Below, in pieces: positions 35,602-50,023 of a stretch of DNA of 64,000 nucleotides. The position numbers were made by a program, and so were the translations under genes. The first letter of the stretch is position 1; each line of letters begins with the position of its first letter. The DNA is from Octopus vulgaris (Eukaryota), in assembly GCA_951406725.2 (NCBI GenBank), contig OX597839.1, forward strand, positions 23,374,001-23,438,000. Reading direction: 5' to 3'. The notes under the pieces were generated by a model. The model worked only from the letters and a program-made list of their open reading frames with translations. It was not told the origin of the DNA and made no database searches.

Positions 35602-36169
35602 ACATCATCACTGTCATCTTCTCTGCTATTAAAATGAATTCTACGGTGAATTTAAAAAGAATTATTATCAATGTCATTATTATTGTTGTTGTTGTTGTTG
35701 TTGTTGTTAGTATTATTATTATTATTGTTATTATTATTATTATTATTATAGCTGTTGTTGTTGTTGTTGTTGTTGTCATCATTAGTTTGTGTTTTGGCAT
35801 TAAAATTTAGTGTCAAAGACAATTCCGTAAACCATTAATGTTGGAAGGTAAGCTAAGAAAGATCCTTTGCTCTGGAAGAGGACCTCGTTAAGATTGCAAT
35901 CACGAACTAATTAACTGTAATAACACTAATTGCTTTCTTCTTTTCTTCTCTCTTTTTTTTTTTTTTTTTTTTGGTTTTTATAATCTTTAATACTTATTCA
36001 TTTGTCATGATCATAATTAAACAACAATAATTACAACATCACCACCACCAGCAGCAACAGCAGCAGCAACAATGGATGATTCCAGTGAAATCTTTGATCT
36101 CTGATGGGAAATATTCACATCTTTATAATAGATCAATGGTGAGGTTTTTTTTTTTGCTTCTTCTAATTG

Positions 36170-36505
36170 ACAATTCATCATCATCATCACCACCATCATC
36201 GTCATCATCACTGCCGTCATCAGCACCACCATCATTACAATCATCATCATCATCATCATCACCATCATCATTATACTCAACACTACCACCACCATCATCA
36301 CAATCATCATCATCATCATCATCACCACCACCATCATCATCATCACCATCATCATCATCATTATCATCATCATGAGTCACTACTGCAATCATCATCACCA
36401 CCACAACTACCATCCCCACAACCACCACCATCATTGCGACCACTATCACCACCACCACCACCACCACCATGACCACCACTACTGCCGCCACCACCATGGC
36501 CACCA
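36170..36505. repeat. (CAT/CAC)n tract
   Basis: Seen directly. Confidence 0.9.
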
Positions 36506-36932
36506 CCCTTGGTCTTTCTCGTTCTCACCCTCCCCGTCCAATCCACAAACGACCACCACATACATTCTGTTTAACACAACCAAACACTTACAAATAATTA
36601 CTAACCTCGTTAAGACAAAAGTAAAAAAAGGAGATTACAGGAAAGAAAGCAAGAAAGAAGTTGATCCATTTTGAAGAAGAGAGAGGGAGGGGGAGAGAAG
36701 GGGGAGAGGTGGGGTGAGAAAGGGAAGAGGTGGGGAAGAGAAGGTGAGGAGAGAATGGTTTTGAAAAGCTTCTGAATTGATGTTCAGATAAAAGAATGTG
36801 TGTGAGTGTGTATATCAAACATGATGATGATATATATACGGATATACATAGATGCATATATATATATATATAATGTATATATATATGTATATATGCATCT
36901 ATGTATATATATAATGTGTATATATATGTGTA

Positions 36933-36970
<38 letters not shown>

Positions 36971-37577
36971 TAATGTATATATATACATACATTATATATA
37001 TATATAATGTATATATATACATACATTATATATATATATGTATGTATGTATGTATGCATGTATGTATATATATATGTATATATAATATATATATTTATAA
37101 TGTATATATATACATACATTATATATATATATATGTATGTATGTATGTATGCATGTATGTATATATATGTATATATAATATATATATATATAATGTATAT
37201 ATATTTGAATTTGCGTGTATGTGTGTGTGTACAACCTTAATTAAAGATGTACTTGAAGTAATTTAAATGTTCTCTGGGAGATTAAAGAAACAGCAGAAAA
37301 CGTTTGAAAGGAACCAAAAGTTGAAAATAAGAAGAATATAAAAAAAGAAAAGATAAAATTTAAAGCAATAAAAACAAAAACGAAAATAAAAAAACAAAAC
37401 AAAACAAAAGAAAAACAAAACTCTATTCTTTCCTTGGAGGAACAATACTGTGGCAAACATCTGGTCCATGAGTTCAAATCACATTTAAACCTTTTTGTTT
37501 TTGAATGCTGACAACAGCAACAACAACAGTTGTCACCACTGCCAGAAGCCCGTATTTGGACATATGTATATATGGAT

Positions 37578-37963
37578 GTGGAGGCGCAATGGCCCAGTGG
37601 TTAGGGCATCGGACTCGCGGTCATAGGATTGCGGTTTCAATTCCCAGACCGGGCGTTGTGAGTGTTTATTGAGCAAAAACACCTAAAGCTCCACGAGGCT
37701 CAGGCAGGGGATGGTGGTGATCCCTGCTGTACTCTATCACCACAACTTTCTCTCACTCTTACTTCCTGTTTCTGTTGTACCTGTATTTTCAAAGGGCCGG
37801 CCTTGTCACTCTCTGTGTCACGCTGAATATCCCCGAGAACTACGTTAAGGGTAAACGTGTCTGTGGAGTGCTCAGCCACTTACACGTTAATTTCACGAGC
37901 AGGCTGTTCCGTTGATTCGGATCAACCGGAACCCTCGTCGTCGTAACCGACGGAGTGCTTCCC
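37578..37963 (+). mobile_element. Full-length tRNA-derived SINE with TSD
   Basis: TSD ATATATGGAT at 37568-37577 and 37964-37973; A and B boxes present. Confidence 0.9.
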
Positions 37964-38001
37964 ATATATGGATATATATATATATATATATACATATGTA
38001 A

Positions 38002-38700
38002 AGGCGCATGGCTCAGTGGTTAGAGTGTCGAGCTTATAATCATGAGGTTGTGAGTTCAATTCCCGGACCAGACTTTGTGTTGTGTTCTGGAGCAAGGCAC
38101 TTTATTTCACGTTGCTCCAGTTCACTCAGCTGTAGAAATGAGTTGTGACATCACTGGGGCCAAGCTGTATTGGCCCCTTTGTCTTTCCCTTGGGTAACAT
38201 CGGTGGCGTGAAGAGAAGAGGTTGGTATGCATGGATGACTGCTGGTCTTCCATAAACAACCTTGCCTGGACTTGTGCCTCAGAGGGGAACTTTCTAGGTG
38301 CAATCCCATGGTCATTCATGACCGAAGGGGGTCTCTAATATAAGATGCATGACTCAGTGGCTAGAGCATTGGGCTCACAATCATGAGGTAGTGAGTTTGA
38401 TTCCCAGACTGGGCTGTGTGTTGTGTTCTTGAGCAAGACACTTTATATCATGTTGCTCCAGTTCACTCAGTTGTAGAAATGAGTTGCAACGTCACTAGGG
38501 CCAAGCTATATCAGCCCCTTTGCCTTTCCCTTAGATAACATCAGTGGCATGCAGAGGGGGGAGGCTGGAATGCAGGGGCAACTGCTGGTCTTCCATACAA
38601 ACAACCCTAAGTTATGCGTTCGCCAGTGGGGCGACATTCTGTCCAGGCTTGAACCCCAGAGGGGAACCTCTTAGGTGCATCCATGGTCATTCATGACCAA
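38002..38700 (+). mobile_element. Two adjacent copies of a further tRNA-derived SINE family
   Basis: 38002-38335 and 38345-38700 share the head gcatg(g/a)ctcagtgg and the tail ctaggtgca..ggtcattcatgacc. A reverse fragment lies at about 15500-15630. Confidence 0.8.
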
Positions 38701-39200
38701 TGGAGTCGAGTTATATATCATCATCATCATCATTTAACGTCCGCTTTCCATGCTGGCATGGGTTGGACGGTTCAACTGGGGTCTGGGAAGCCAGAAAGCT
38801 GCACCAGGCCCAGTCTGATCTGGCAGTGTTTCTACAGCTGGATGCCCTTCCTAACGCCAACCACTCCATGAGTGTAGTGGGTGCTTTTTACGTATGCGAT
38901 GGGCTTCTTTCAGTTTCCATCTACCAAATCCACTCACAAGACTTTGATCACTCCAAAGCTCTAATAGAAGATACGTGTCCAAGGTGCTGTTCAGTGGCAC
39001 TGGACCCAAGACCATGTTCTTGGGAAATTTATATATATATATATGTATATATAAAACTGTATTTATTTATTTTATTAATACTGTTACCCCAACTGCCACT
39101 TACAAATTCCTGCAATAAATCTACAGGTAACAACAGGTAATCAAAGCTGTGCCGGTGCTTTAATCATAATCTGTTAATGCATTTTGCATAGTTTCTCCAT

Positions 39201-39247
<47 letters not shown>

Positions 39248-39543
39248 ATATATGTGTGTATGTGTGTATATCAACATACGAAACTCTCAAACCTTGAGTC
39301 ACTCTCACCTCTGCCAAATATTAATAAAATATATACATATATATGTATTTATACATACAGACACACACACATATATATACATATATACAATGGGCTCCTT
39401 TCAGTTTCCGTCTACCAAATCCACTCCCAAGGCTTTGGTCAGCCCAAGGCTATAGTAGAAGACACTTGCCCAAGGTGCTACATAGTGGGACTGAACCCGG
39501 AACCATGTGGTTGGTTAGCAAGCTACTTACCACACAGCCACTC

Positions 39544-39577
<34 letters not shown>

Positions 39578-40709
39578 ATTTTGACAAAAGACTAAGATGT
39601 CTGGTGCCTTGCTGTACTCAGGAAGACCAATGCTCCATAGCAGAATTGTTAAGGCTAGTCTCCAGGTGGATAGGATTAACCTGCAAAAGTCTTGTGTAGG
39701 AGCCATGTAAGAAGCACCTGTGTAGGTGCCACATGAAAGGGTCCATGTGGTGTCGTGTAAAAGTGCCCCTGCACTATCATATGAAAGCAACCATGTAGGG
39801 CCACATAAAAGTGCCTGTGCTGTGTCACGTACAAGCCTCCAGTACACTCTGTAAAGTGGCTGGTGTTTAGAAGGGCTTCCAGCTGTAGGGACCCTGCCAA
39901 ATCAGATTGGACCCTGATGCAGCTCTCCAGCCTTCCTGGCTCTGGTCAAACCATCCAACCCCCGCCAGTATGGACAACAGACATTAAATGATGATGATGA
40001 TGATGATGCTGTGTATATATTAAAAGCAATCATCATAGCATGACATAGTTTTGTCATTGTTTTTTTTAACTATTTTTTTTTCAAATTATTTATTTGCAGA
40101 AAGCAAAATTGACAGAGTACCAGACAAAATGCCCCACCTCTCACCCCATTGCTTACCCTGCAAAATGGAGCTGTACAGGATCCTGTTCACATCCAATACA
40201 AAATACCCTCAGTTTAACAACACAACTCCTAGGGTACACTTCTTGAGCAATTCTCACAACACAACTTCTACATCAAGGATCACCGACTTCATACATAAAT
40301 GGCCCTCTTTTCGTATTTTACATTTAACCACGATCCATCTCGCACGCATAAAAGAACCTGATTAACAACACATTCACTAAAATGTTCAACCATTGATACG
40401 AATTCTCTTAAACCTGTAAATATATTTTTGAAAAACCTTCAATGCACCTAAATACATCTTCTGATGTACCGATGCCCTGTTTGAGGGCAGGAATCAGCAA
40501 CATCTGTTTGCAATGCCCCACTTTTGATCTTTTTAAATTTACCCAGCACCCCATCCCTATATTTATGCCACGTCTTACATCAAAAATAAATACCCCCATG
40601 GGTTCCCTCCCACCTGCCATTTTTATCACCAGAAATGTTTATTTAAGTAACAATTAAACAATTGTAATGCAAAAAATGTTATCAACTGCTGAACAGTTGG
40701 GGTCACTCT

Positions 40710-41096
40710 GGAAGGAAGCACTCCGTTGGTTACGACGATGAGGGTTCCGGTTGATCCGAATCAACGGAACAGCCTGCTCGTGAAATTAACGTGTAAGTGG
40801 CTGAGCACTCCACAGACACGTGTACCCTTAACGTAGTTCTCGGGGATATTCAGCGTGACACAGAGAGTGACAAGGCCGGCCCTTTGAAATACAGGTACAA
40901 CAGAAACAGGAAGTAAGAGTGAGAGAAAGTTGTGGCGAAAGAGTACAGCAGGGATCACCACCATCCCCTGCCGGAGCCTCATGGAGTTTTAGGTGTTTTT
41001 GCTCAATAAACACTCACAACGCCTGGTCTGGGAATCGAAACCGCGATCCTATGACCGCGAGTCCGCTGCCCAAACCACTGGGCCATTGCGCCTCCA
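40710..41096 (-). mobile_element. Full-length tRNA-derived SINE with an 11-bp TSD
   Basis: GGGGTCACTCT at 40699-40709 and 41097-41107. Confidence 0.9.
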
Positions 41097-41109
41097 GGGG
41101 TCACTCTAA

Positions 41110-41480
41110 CCCTTTTGTTACCATATTTCTCTTCATATAGACTGCCTTCCTTTCAATTAATTTTCAAAGTAACGAAGAATTTAGAGAAATAGCTTTGTCC
41201 TTTTTAATCTGGTGTTTGAAACTTAAATGAACACGAAATTCTGATGAAAGGTTTTAATTTTAGATCACTTCAACACTTTTGTTACCATATTTGTGTAGAA
41301 AAACACTGCCTTTGTTCCAATTAAGTTTTAAAATAGTGAAAGAATTAATTAAAATAACTGTCATGAAGCTGGCATTATGAACATAAATTAAAGTGAAATT
41401 TTGATGGACATTCTTAATTAAACAGACAGTATTACATCAAAGAATAAGAGGCAGTCTTATGAAGGTCAGAATCAAAAGGG
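41110..41480. mobile_element. piggyBac-like MITE
   Basis: (c)taa-CCCTTTTG(t/a)T...AtCAAAAGGG-ttaa. Confidence 0.65.
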
Positions 41481-41747
41481 TTAAACTTGAAAAATATTTT
41501 GAAAAAAGATTTGGTATAGAAAGATAACATCTCAGGGACTCATCTGATTCTGACCCTTAATTTTAAAGATATAGAGTGGGGTTTATAGTATCAAACCCTA
41601 AAGTTTAGTGAAGAATTCAGGTGAGATATAATTAAAAATTTGCTTTTTATAGACAAAATATTGAGAGATCCTAATATCAAGTGTCAAGAATTAATCCAAT
41701 GAATATGAGGGGAACATCCAATTTTCTGGATGGTCATGGGAGGAAAT

Positions 41748-42152
41748 CAGGACTGGATTAAGACCCATTGAGGCGCTAAGCACTTAAAAGATTTTGATGC
41801 CCCCCACATGTATGGAATTCAAAATATAAACAACAATAAACCATAAAATAAATTTTAATTTTTTAAAATGAAACAAAATTAACAGAAAAATGAAAAATAA
41901 TGTTTATTTTTGTATTTTTCCATTTTATTTATATTTGAAAGGTTTTCTCCTTTTTTTAATTGCAAAGTCTTTAATTAGACACCATGAACACTTTGAAATT
42001 ATATTTCCAATGATATAAATCACTTTGAATATTATTTTAGCAAGTTTAAAGTGATTTCTTTTGTGCTGTGAACCATTTACCATTTCTGTGGCACCCCACC
42101 GCCTCCCTTGATGCCCCAAGCACATGCTTATTTTTTGTTTAATGGTTAATTG
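41748..42152. mobile_element. hAT-like MITE
   Basis: Starts CAGGACTGGATTAA; the 3' half is duplicated at 270-485. Confidence 0.55.
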
Positions 42153-42290
42153 AGAACAGGGGAAAAGCACGATACAGAATATGAGGTGGGTGCTGAAAAG
42201 TTCCTGGCTTTAAGCATATTGCAAAAGACCTGCTTGGAGGCCCCACTTTTCAGCTTTTCTATCTGTCTGTCTGTCAGTCTATCAATCTAT

Positions 42291-42325
<35 letters not shown>

Positions 42326-43947
42326 CCTATTTCTTTACTGCCCACAAGGGTCTAAACACAGAGGGGACAAACAAGGACAGACAAATGGATTAAGTCGATT
42401 ACATCAACCCCAGTGCGTAACTGGTACTTAATTTATCGACCTCAGCGGAATTTGAACTCAGAACGTAATGGCAGACGAAATACGGCTACGCATTTCACCC
42501 GGCATGCTAACATTTCTGCCAGCTCGCCGCCTATATATATATACATATATATATACATATCGTAGTGGGTAGCAATTTTCTTCACTACCCTTTCTAACAT
42601 TAGTACCAGGCTCAGCTGGCTCCAGCTGACAGTACCCAGCATGGTCCCCTATCCAGGGTTATGGAAAGGAGACAACCTTCAAAGAAATCTGGAGTGGGGC
42701 CCCGTAGGCAGTTTAGTGTTTGACTCAACACTATTCCAGCAGCTCCTGCAACCAAGCTGGTGCCAAACATAATGCTCTGCACTCCTTTGGACTGGGTCAG
42801 CAAGGGTGAGAGATGAATCCTGATGACTGGGCTACCCAGGATTTTCTTACATCTAGCCAAGGCCTGAGCAAAACTGGAGGGGAAACTGGAGAGGATTATT
42901 TTATGAGCAACTCCATTGTCTCCTGAGACAAAAGGATGCCAACAACAATATATACATATATGATGGATTCTCTTGTCGTTAGATGATGTATAAGAGTTCA
43001 ACAATTTCTTACCAAACAACCTCACAAATGATTTGTGTATAGTGATCAAATGTTTGTGTAGACATAAGCTCACTCCCTCCATCAGGTTGATATTACCTGT
43101 ACAGGTGCAACAAGGTGCTACATGTCAGATGACGAAATGATCGCAGAGCAACGTGAAATGAAGAGCTCTTACTCAAGAACACAATGCAACACCTGGTCTG
43201 GGAATCGAACCCGCGATCTCACAATTGTGAGTGCAACACCCTAACCATGAAGCCATGCACCTTCACATATATATTTATATGAATGTGTGTGCATGTGTGT
43301 GTATGTGTGTGTGTGTGTGTGCATGTGTGTGTGTGTGTGTGTGAGGTGCTGAAAAGTTCCTGGTTTTAAGGGTATCGTGAAAGGCCTGGTTGGAGTTCCC
43401 ACCCTTCTGAGTTCTTTTACAGGGCTTAGGAAAACTGAAGGACCACTGTAATAAGTGTGTGAATCTGAGAGGAGGGGAACATGTTGAATAAAATCATAAT
43501 CAACTGGTCCTCATCCTGTAGTTTCTTTTGCCCAAAGTCAGGATCTTTTCAACAATCCCTTGTATGCTATGGAAATAGAATTTAGTTCACATCGACAAAA
43601 TTTGTGTCTGTTAAAGCTACATCCGTATTGATTGGTGACTAAGAAAATGTTAAGATGACAAAAGGTAGAGATACCCAGAAGGAGATTTTGGTAAATTTGT
43701 AAGTATTGCAGAATTTTGCCAGATGCAGAAAATATTTGCAATTTCTCAGCAGCAGCAAAAACATTGTGAATCGCTGCACATTTTTGGTTGCAGAGGTTCC
43801 TGGTTTAGCACGTGAAAGCTTTTAAAGCTGTTCTAAGGTAACTGTGGGATATATCTTCAGGGTTGACCCATGGCATGTGAACTGACTGGAATGACAATAA
43901 TAAGGATGGTAGTGATGGTGATGGTGGTAGTGGCAGTGTTGTTGTTG

Positions 43948-43979
<32 letters not shown>

Positions 43980-44242
43980 GGTGGTGATGATGATGGTTAT
44001 GATGATGATGATGATGACGGAAGGAAACGCATGGTGAAACTAATCGGAAGAAAGCCGAAACTGCTTTGGTTGTCAGCAGAAAAGGAAGATTAAATAAAGG
44101 GAAATAATGGTAACAATTTGCATTTTATTAAAAGGAAGAGACGAGGGAGAGAATACAGATTTAGGGGATGCACAACACCACCACCACCACCACCACCACT
44201 AGTAATATCATTTACACCACTGCCATAATAACCACTACCACC

Positions 44243-44274
<32 letters not shown>

Positions 44275-44770
44275 CAACAACAAGTATAGATAAATATTGT
44301 ATAGACTGTTCCGACTTTACACAACGACATCCTTTCAAGTTATACATCACAAGGCTTCACAAAAACCACCTCATTTTATAAACATGCTCAAATACGGTTG
44401 AATACATGTGTGTGTGTGTGTTGTGTGTGTATTGTGTGCATATGTATGTGAGTGTGTTTGTGTATGTCTCATGTATGTGAGTGAGTGTGTGTATATGTAC
44501 AATAATTAAATATACATGTATTTGAGTGTGTGCTGTGTGTGTGTGTGTGTGTGTCACATGTGAGTGAGTGTGCGTATGATAATTAAATACATGTGTGTGT
44601 GTGTATGTGTGCGTGCATGTGGCTGTGTGGTAAGTAGCTTGCTCACCAACCACATGGTTCCGGGTTCAGTCCCACTGCATGGCATCTTGGACAAGTATCT
44701 CCTACTATAGCCTCGGGCTGACCAAAGCCTTGTGAGTGGATTTGGGAGACAGAAACCCATTTTATATATA

Positions 44771-46029
44771 CAGGTGTGTAAAATATTTGAGGACAGATTT
44801 ATGTTTATAAAAAAAACAGATGTATAATAACAGATAATAACTTTATTTATCAAAAAATGCTATGAGGATAAAACTAAACCTTCTTTTCTATAATGTTATT
44901 CAATTAAGCCACCTTTTTCATCAGCAACTGCTTCTATATGAGATCTAAATCATCGACATGCTCGAATCAAGTGATCCTGGTTCGCTCTGGACATTATTCT
45001 GATTATAGCAGCTTTCAAAGAATCTTTGGTGTTATGGCAGCTTTCATTGACCTCTCTCTCTCCACATGTAATAGTCCAATGGATTGTGACCTAGGGAATT
45101 AGGAGGCCAAATGTTAGGGGTTACGTGATCATGAAAATTTTCAGCCATCTATTCCTGTGTTACTAGAGCCATGTGTGATGGTGCAGAGTCTTACTGAAAC
45201 ACATATGGCCTTCCATTGCATACACTGTCTATCCAGGACTTAACAATTATTTCCAGGGCCTCAATGTAGGAGGCAGAGTTAACTCTAAGACCTTGTGGAA
45301 AGAAGTAGGGAGGCATCACATATTCTTCATTGCTGACAACCCCTAAAACCATGACAGTTGCAGGAAATTTTGTATGCATAACACCTGGATCTTCAGAAGG
45401 GTCTGCCCATAACCATGTATCATTTGTTCTGTTAACTTCTTTTATCTTGGTCGAAGTTTTTTCTCGTTTGAGAAAAACCACATCAAATCTTCTTCTGCTG
45501 GATTTTTCAGTTTGTTTAAGAGCCCTTTAGATCTGATGTAGTGATTTTCTTTTGCTTTTTCGGACAAACTGACCTTTCCTCATCATATAAGACTTATATC
45601 TGATGTCTTTGTGGACAACATTTCTGACTGTTCCTTCTGACATATGGAGATCTTTTGCAATTGAACTCATGGACTTTCTGGGATTGTAATCAATGTTGAA
45701 CTTGCTGGATAAATTCAGGTGTTCTGAGGATTTCAGAGTGTTTAGAATGCTTTTTTATACTTTGATGATGGTGATAAGTTTCCATCTTCAGTCTCTAACC
45801 CCATTACAAACTTTGTAGATGAAAGATATGGCAACTTTTAAAAATTGAGATATTTCTAAATCACTAAGCTCAGCCTTTATAACCGCAATAGCAGCATGCC
45901 TCTTCATTTCTTGAGAAAGCTGAGGGTCTGCCATTATTATTTTCTGAAACATGGATTATATACACAGTTAGCAACAAATGCAGCAATGGCCCCAAAAATG
46001 GTATATCCTCAAAAACCTTACGGACCTTG
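44771..46029 (-). mobile_element. Degenerate full-length DD37D (maT) transposon
   Basis: TA-flanked imperfect TIRs (ca(a)gg..gtaa..tttgagga). VMVLGVVSNE..MPPYFF and D-SAPSH...WPPNS..NPL-D give exactly 37 residues between the Ds. Multiple stops. Confidence 0.9.
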
Positions 46030-46249
46030 TATATGTCTATACATGTGCATATGAGCATGTGTGTGTTTGTGTGCATGTGTCTTTGTGCCTACATTTGAGC
46101 TCAAAATGTAAAGAGCCCCTACTAAATACTGCAAGACAGTTTGTCTGATACACAACCAATTCTGATGCTCCAGCTGGTCAGTGAATCCTTCATTAAAAAC
46201 AGTCTCGTGCTTCAACCTTCCTTTCCTGCCTTCCTATCCCTTAATCATT

Positions 46250-46730
46250 TTGGGGCCATTTGTTGATGACGTCACAACCAGATTTTACCGCTTCTCACGA
46301 GTTTCTGCTGTCCTCTGTGAGTTGGCGAAATTGAGGCCTGTCCAGTCTTTGTTGTTAACAGCGCAATGACCGATCCAGTACAGGTTCTGTTCTGGTGGTC
46401 ATTGTTGTGAATGTATCAGTGGTGGCACCAATTCCTCTCCTATCTGTTAGCCACAACCGTAGGCCTTGTGACATGCTTTACCCCCGAACATGAGGCCATT
46501 GACCTGAGCAAGTTCCTCCACCTCAGCCGGTCACTCCAGAGTCTTTTGATATTAATACCAGAGTCCTATTGATATTAATACCATCCCTTCACTTGGTTTA
46601 CCCCACCAGCTGATGTGGGGTACCAGGAACCATCAAGTGAGAAATTAGGAATTGAATGAGGACCAGTGATGCCTCTCCACCTCACCATCCCTGGCAAGGC
46701 TCAGTTTCCAGACACCAAAGGTACCACCTC
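46250..46730 (-). mobile_element. RTE-derived fragment
   Basis: Minus strand encodes KDWTGLNFANSQRTAE, an RTE C-terminal pattern, next to UTR-like sequence. Confidence 0.45.
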
Positions 46731-47869
46731 TATTCAGAGCCCTTACACTCCAGAAATAAACAATAAAATGGAAAGATCCTTAGTATCTGTAGACATATCA
46801 GTGATCTTGGGACCCACCAGACTGGAGCATTGGAAAAAGTAAAGACTTCAGATGGATAACTGGAGTGATTAATTTGCATATTGTGAGTGTTAACACTTTA
46901 TTTTTAATTATCAAGAGCCAATCTGTAATTCTTCAGATAAAGATTCAAACATGATATTAATGTTTTTCCCCATGTATATATTTTGTGACTCCTGTTTTTT
47001 AATAACATGTGTAACATGGAATTGAAATGATACCAAATTTATTTGCAGGTTTCTGCAAATAAATATCAGCAGTATATTGGATGACTGATATCCCATTGTG
47101 GGTTACACTCAATAACCCCTATCTCACTTTGTCCTTATATATATATATATATACTATATTTGTTCCACATCCTCGCATTGTTGTGTTTTCTCTTTGTGTT
47201 TTCATGTTTGGATTAACTTTATACACGACCTTCAGAGTGGATTTGGTAAGCAGAAACTGAGAGAAAGAGACGTCTGTCATGTGTGTGTGTGTGTTTGTAT
47301 ATACATATATATATATACATATCTATATAAAGTGTCTATGTGTGTGTATATATATATAGTATGTGTGTGTGTATGTATGTATGTATGTATGTATGTTTAT
47401 GCGTCTGTGATTGTCCCCCAGTACACTTGACAACTGGTGTTGGTGCATTTGCATACCCATAACTCAGCAGTTCGGCAAAAGAGACTGATAGAGACTTCCA
47501 CCACCACCACCACCACCACCAGGTTTAAAAAAAGTCCTGGTGGGGGTTGATTCATTCAACTATAAAATTCTCCAAGGTGGTGCCACAGCATGGTTGCTGT
47601 CTAATGACTGAAGCAAGTAAAAGATGAAGGATATATTTAAGAAGCACCTGGATAATTTCCTGTCTGTAATTACAGGTGAAACAAAATCACAATAATAATA
47701 AAAACAACAGGAAAAGCACAAGAACAGGGAACTGCATCAAACTTGTTCGTTCATAAATAAGTAATGATGGAAGGAAGGTTATGGAAATGGTATTAATTGG
47801 AGGGGTGGTGCTGCTCCAGCATGGCAACAGGCAACAGATTGCGAGACTGAAAAAAGTAAAATAAGAGTA

Positions 47870-48038
47870 TGTGTGAGTGTGTGAGTGTGTGTGTGTGTGT
47901 GTATTTATATACATGCATATGTGATTTGTGTGTGTGTGTGTGTGAGTGTGTGTGTGTGTGTGTATTTATATACATGCATATGTGATTTGTGTGTGTGAGT
48001 GTGTGTGTGTGTGTGTATTTATATACATGCATATGTGA

Positions 48039-48085
<47 letters not shown>

Positions 48086-48227
48086 TTATATACATGCATA
48101 TGTGATTTGTGTGTGTGTGTGTGTGAGTGTGTGTGTGTGTGTGTATTTATATACATGCATATGTGATTTGTGTGTGTGAGTGTGTGAGTGTGTGTGTGTG
48201 TGTGTATTTATATACATGCATATGTGA

Positions 48228-48276
<49 letters not shown>

Positions 48277-48365
48277 TTATATACATGCATATGTGATTTG
48301 TGTGTGTGTGTGTGTGTGTGTATTTATATACATGCATATGTGATTTGTGTGTGTGTGTGTGTGTG
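47870..48365. repeat. Minisatellite GTATTTATATACATGCATATGTGATTT(GT)n, about 9 units
   Basis: Seen directly. Confidence 0.95.
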
Positions 48366-48409
48366 TTGTAGCTACCCAAACAGAAAAGCTAATACATGTT
48401 TCCAATATC

Positions 48410-48730
48410 ATTACCACTACGATAACCGCCACCACCACAATCACCACAACCACAACCACAACCACAAGCACCACCACCACCACCACTACCACCACCTCCA
48501 TTACCACCACCACCACCACTACCACCACCACTACCACCACCACCACTACCGCCACCACCACTACCACCACTACCACCACCACCACTACCACCACCACCAC
48601 TACCACCACCACCACCACTACCGCCACCCCACTACCGCTACCTCCACCACCACCACCACCACCACCACCACTACAACCACCTCCATTACCACCTACACCA
48701 CCACCACCACCACCACCACCTCCATTACCC
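48410..48730. repeat. (CAC/TAC)n tract
   Basis: Seen directly. Confidence 0.93.
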
Positions 48731-49009
48731 CCCAATCCTAATAACACAACTCACCCTCCATCCACCCTCTCATTTTCTGTCCACACAACTGGACATACTA
48801 CTGCATACACACCCACACCCACACACCCACAACTCCCTTCCTGCTTCTCCCCCTTTCCCCACATCCCTCTTCCATGTAACTCCCCCTACACACACACACA
48901 CACATCAGGACAATACTGTCCCTGCCCCCTCCCCCCCTGCTCACTCTCACTCCTGTTCTGTTACCTGAGTCAATGTCACACTCACACACACACGCACGCA
49001 CACACTGAG

Positions 49010-49040
49010 GTTGCTAGGTAACAAACATAAACAAAGATGG
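49010..49040 (+). promoter_or_regulatory. Candidate ciliary-gene promoter: RFX X-box, forkhead (FOXJ1-type) site and YY1-like motif
   Basis: GTTGCTAGGTAAC (49010-49022), TAAACAAA (49028-49035) and AAGATGGC are adjacent, about 100 bp upstream of a perfect donor. Confidence 0.55.
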
Positions 49041-49135
49041 CTGTGTATAGTTTTCCACTTCCTCCACTGTCTCTGCCTGAGGTGGTGGTGGTGTTGGCTG
49101 TGGTGGTGGTGTTTTAAGCCCAGCTGTTCGAGGAG
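49036..49135 (+). other. Candidate non-coding first exon of the VWA3B-like gene (start approximate)
   Basis: Ends at the consensus donor GAG|GTAAGT (49136) in unique sequence. The link to the downstream gene is inferred. Confidence 0.45.
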
Positions 49136-49856
49136 GTAAGTGATGACATTCCTATAAAAAGGGGTTTCAATCCCTGGATACTTCCCACTTACACACATTA
49201 CACTGTCTTGTCTGGTTGAACTGTCAGTCAACATACGACCTGCTAGAAATAGTAGTCAAATAAAGCCTTAAGTCACACGTTACTGACTTAGAGAGGACGG
49301 AAGGACATATTTGATAATGTAGTCATAGATATACTACAAACTGGACGATCATGGCTGGAATGGCATTAGCCCTGAGTCTTTTTGCTCAGCCAGGACTTAC
49401 CTAGGGCTAAACAGAATCAACTACAATAACAACAACAGGCACCTGTTATATAAGCAAATGAGAGAGAGTTTATATGCAGTCACTGGATCTGCTAAAAAGA
49501 GCAGTTAAATCACTCTCAGATCACTTCCAAAAATTTTAGGAAAGGGAAGGATGCATTGGAAAATGTAGTCTTAGACATAGATATCCACCACCCCCCCAGC
49601 ATCCCTGTCAAAAAAATGGATGGGAGGTCATGCTTGGAACCCTTTGATCAGGACTGAGCTGGAGCTAAGCTGATCAAGGGTGACCAAGTGTTAAATGACA
49701 ACATCAACAACTTACCATCATCATCATCACCATCATCATCACCATCATCATAATCATCATCTACTTCTATTCCCAATGTAGTTTACTGGTATTCTACTCT
49801 TGACTCTCCCATTCATCACACCAATATATAGAATATGAAGACACACTTTATATGTA

Positions 49857-49892
<36 letters not shown>

Positions 49893-49926
49893 CATACATA
49901 CATACATATATATATATATGCAGTTT

Positions 49927-49958
<32 letters not shown>

Positions 49959-49991
49959 CACACACACGCACACACACACACACATACATCT

Positions 49992-50017
<26 letters not shown>

Positions 50018-50023
<6 letters not shown>

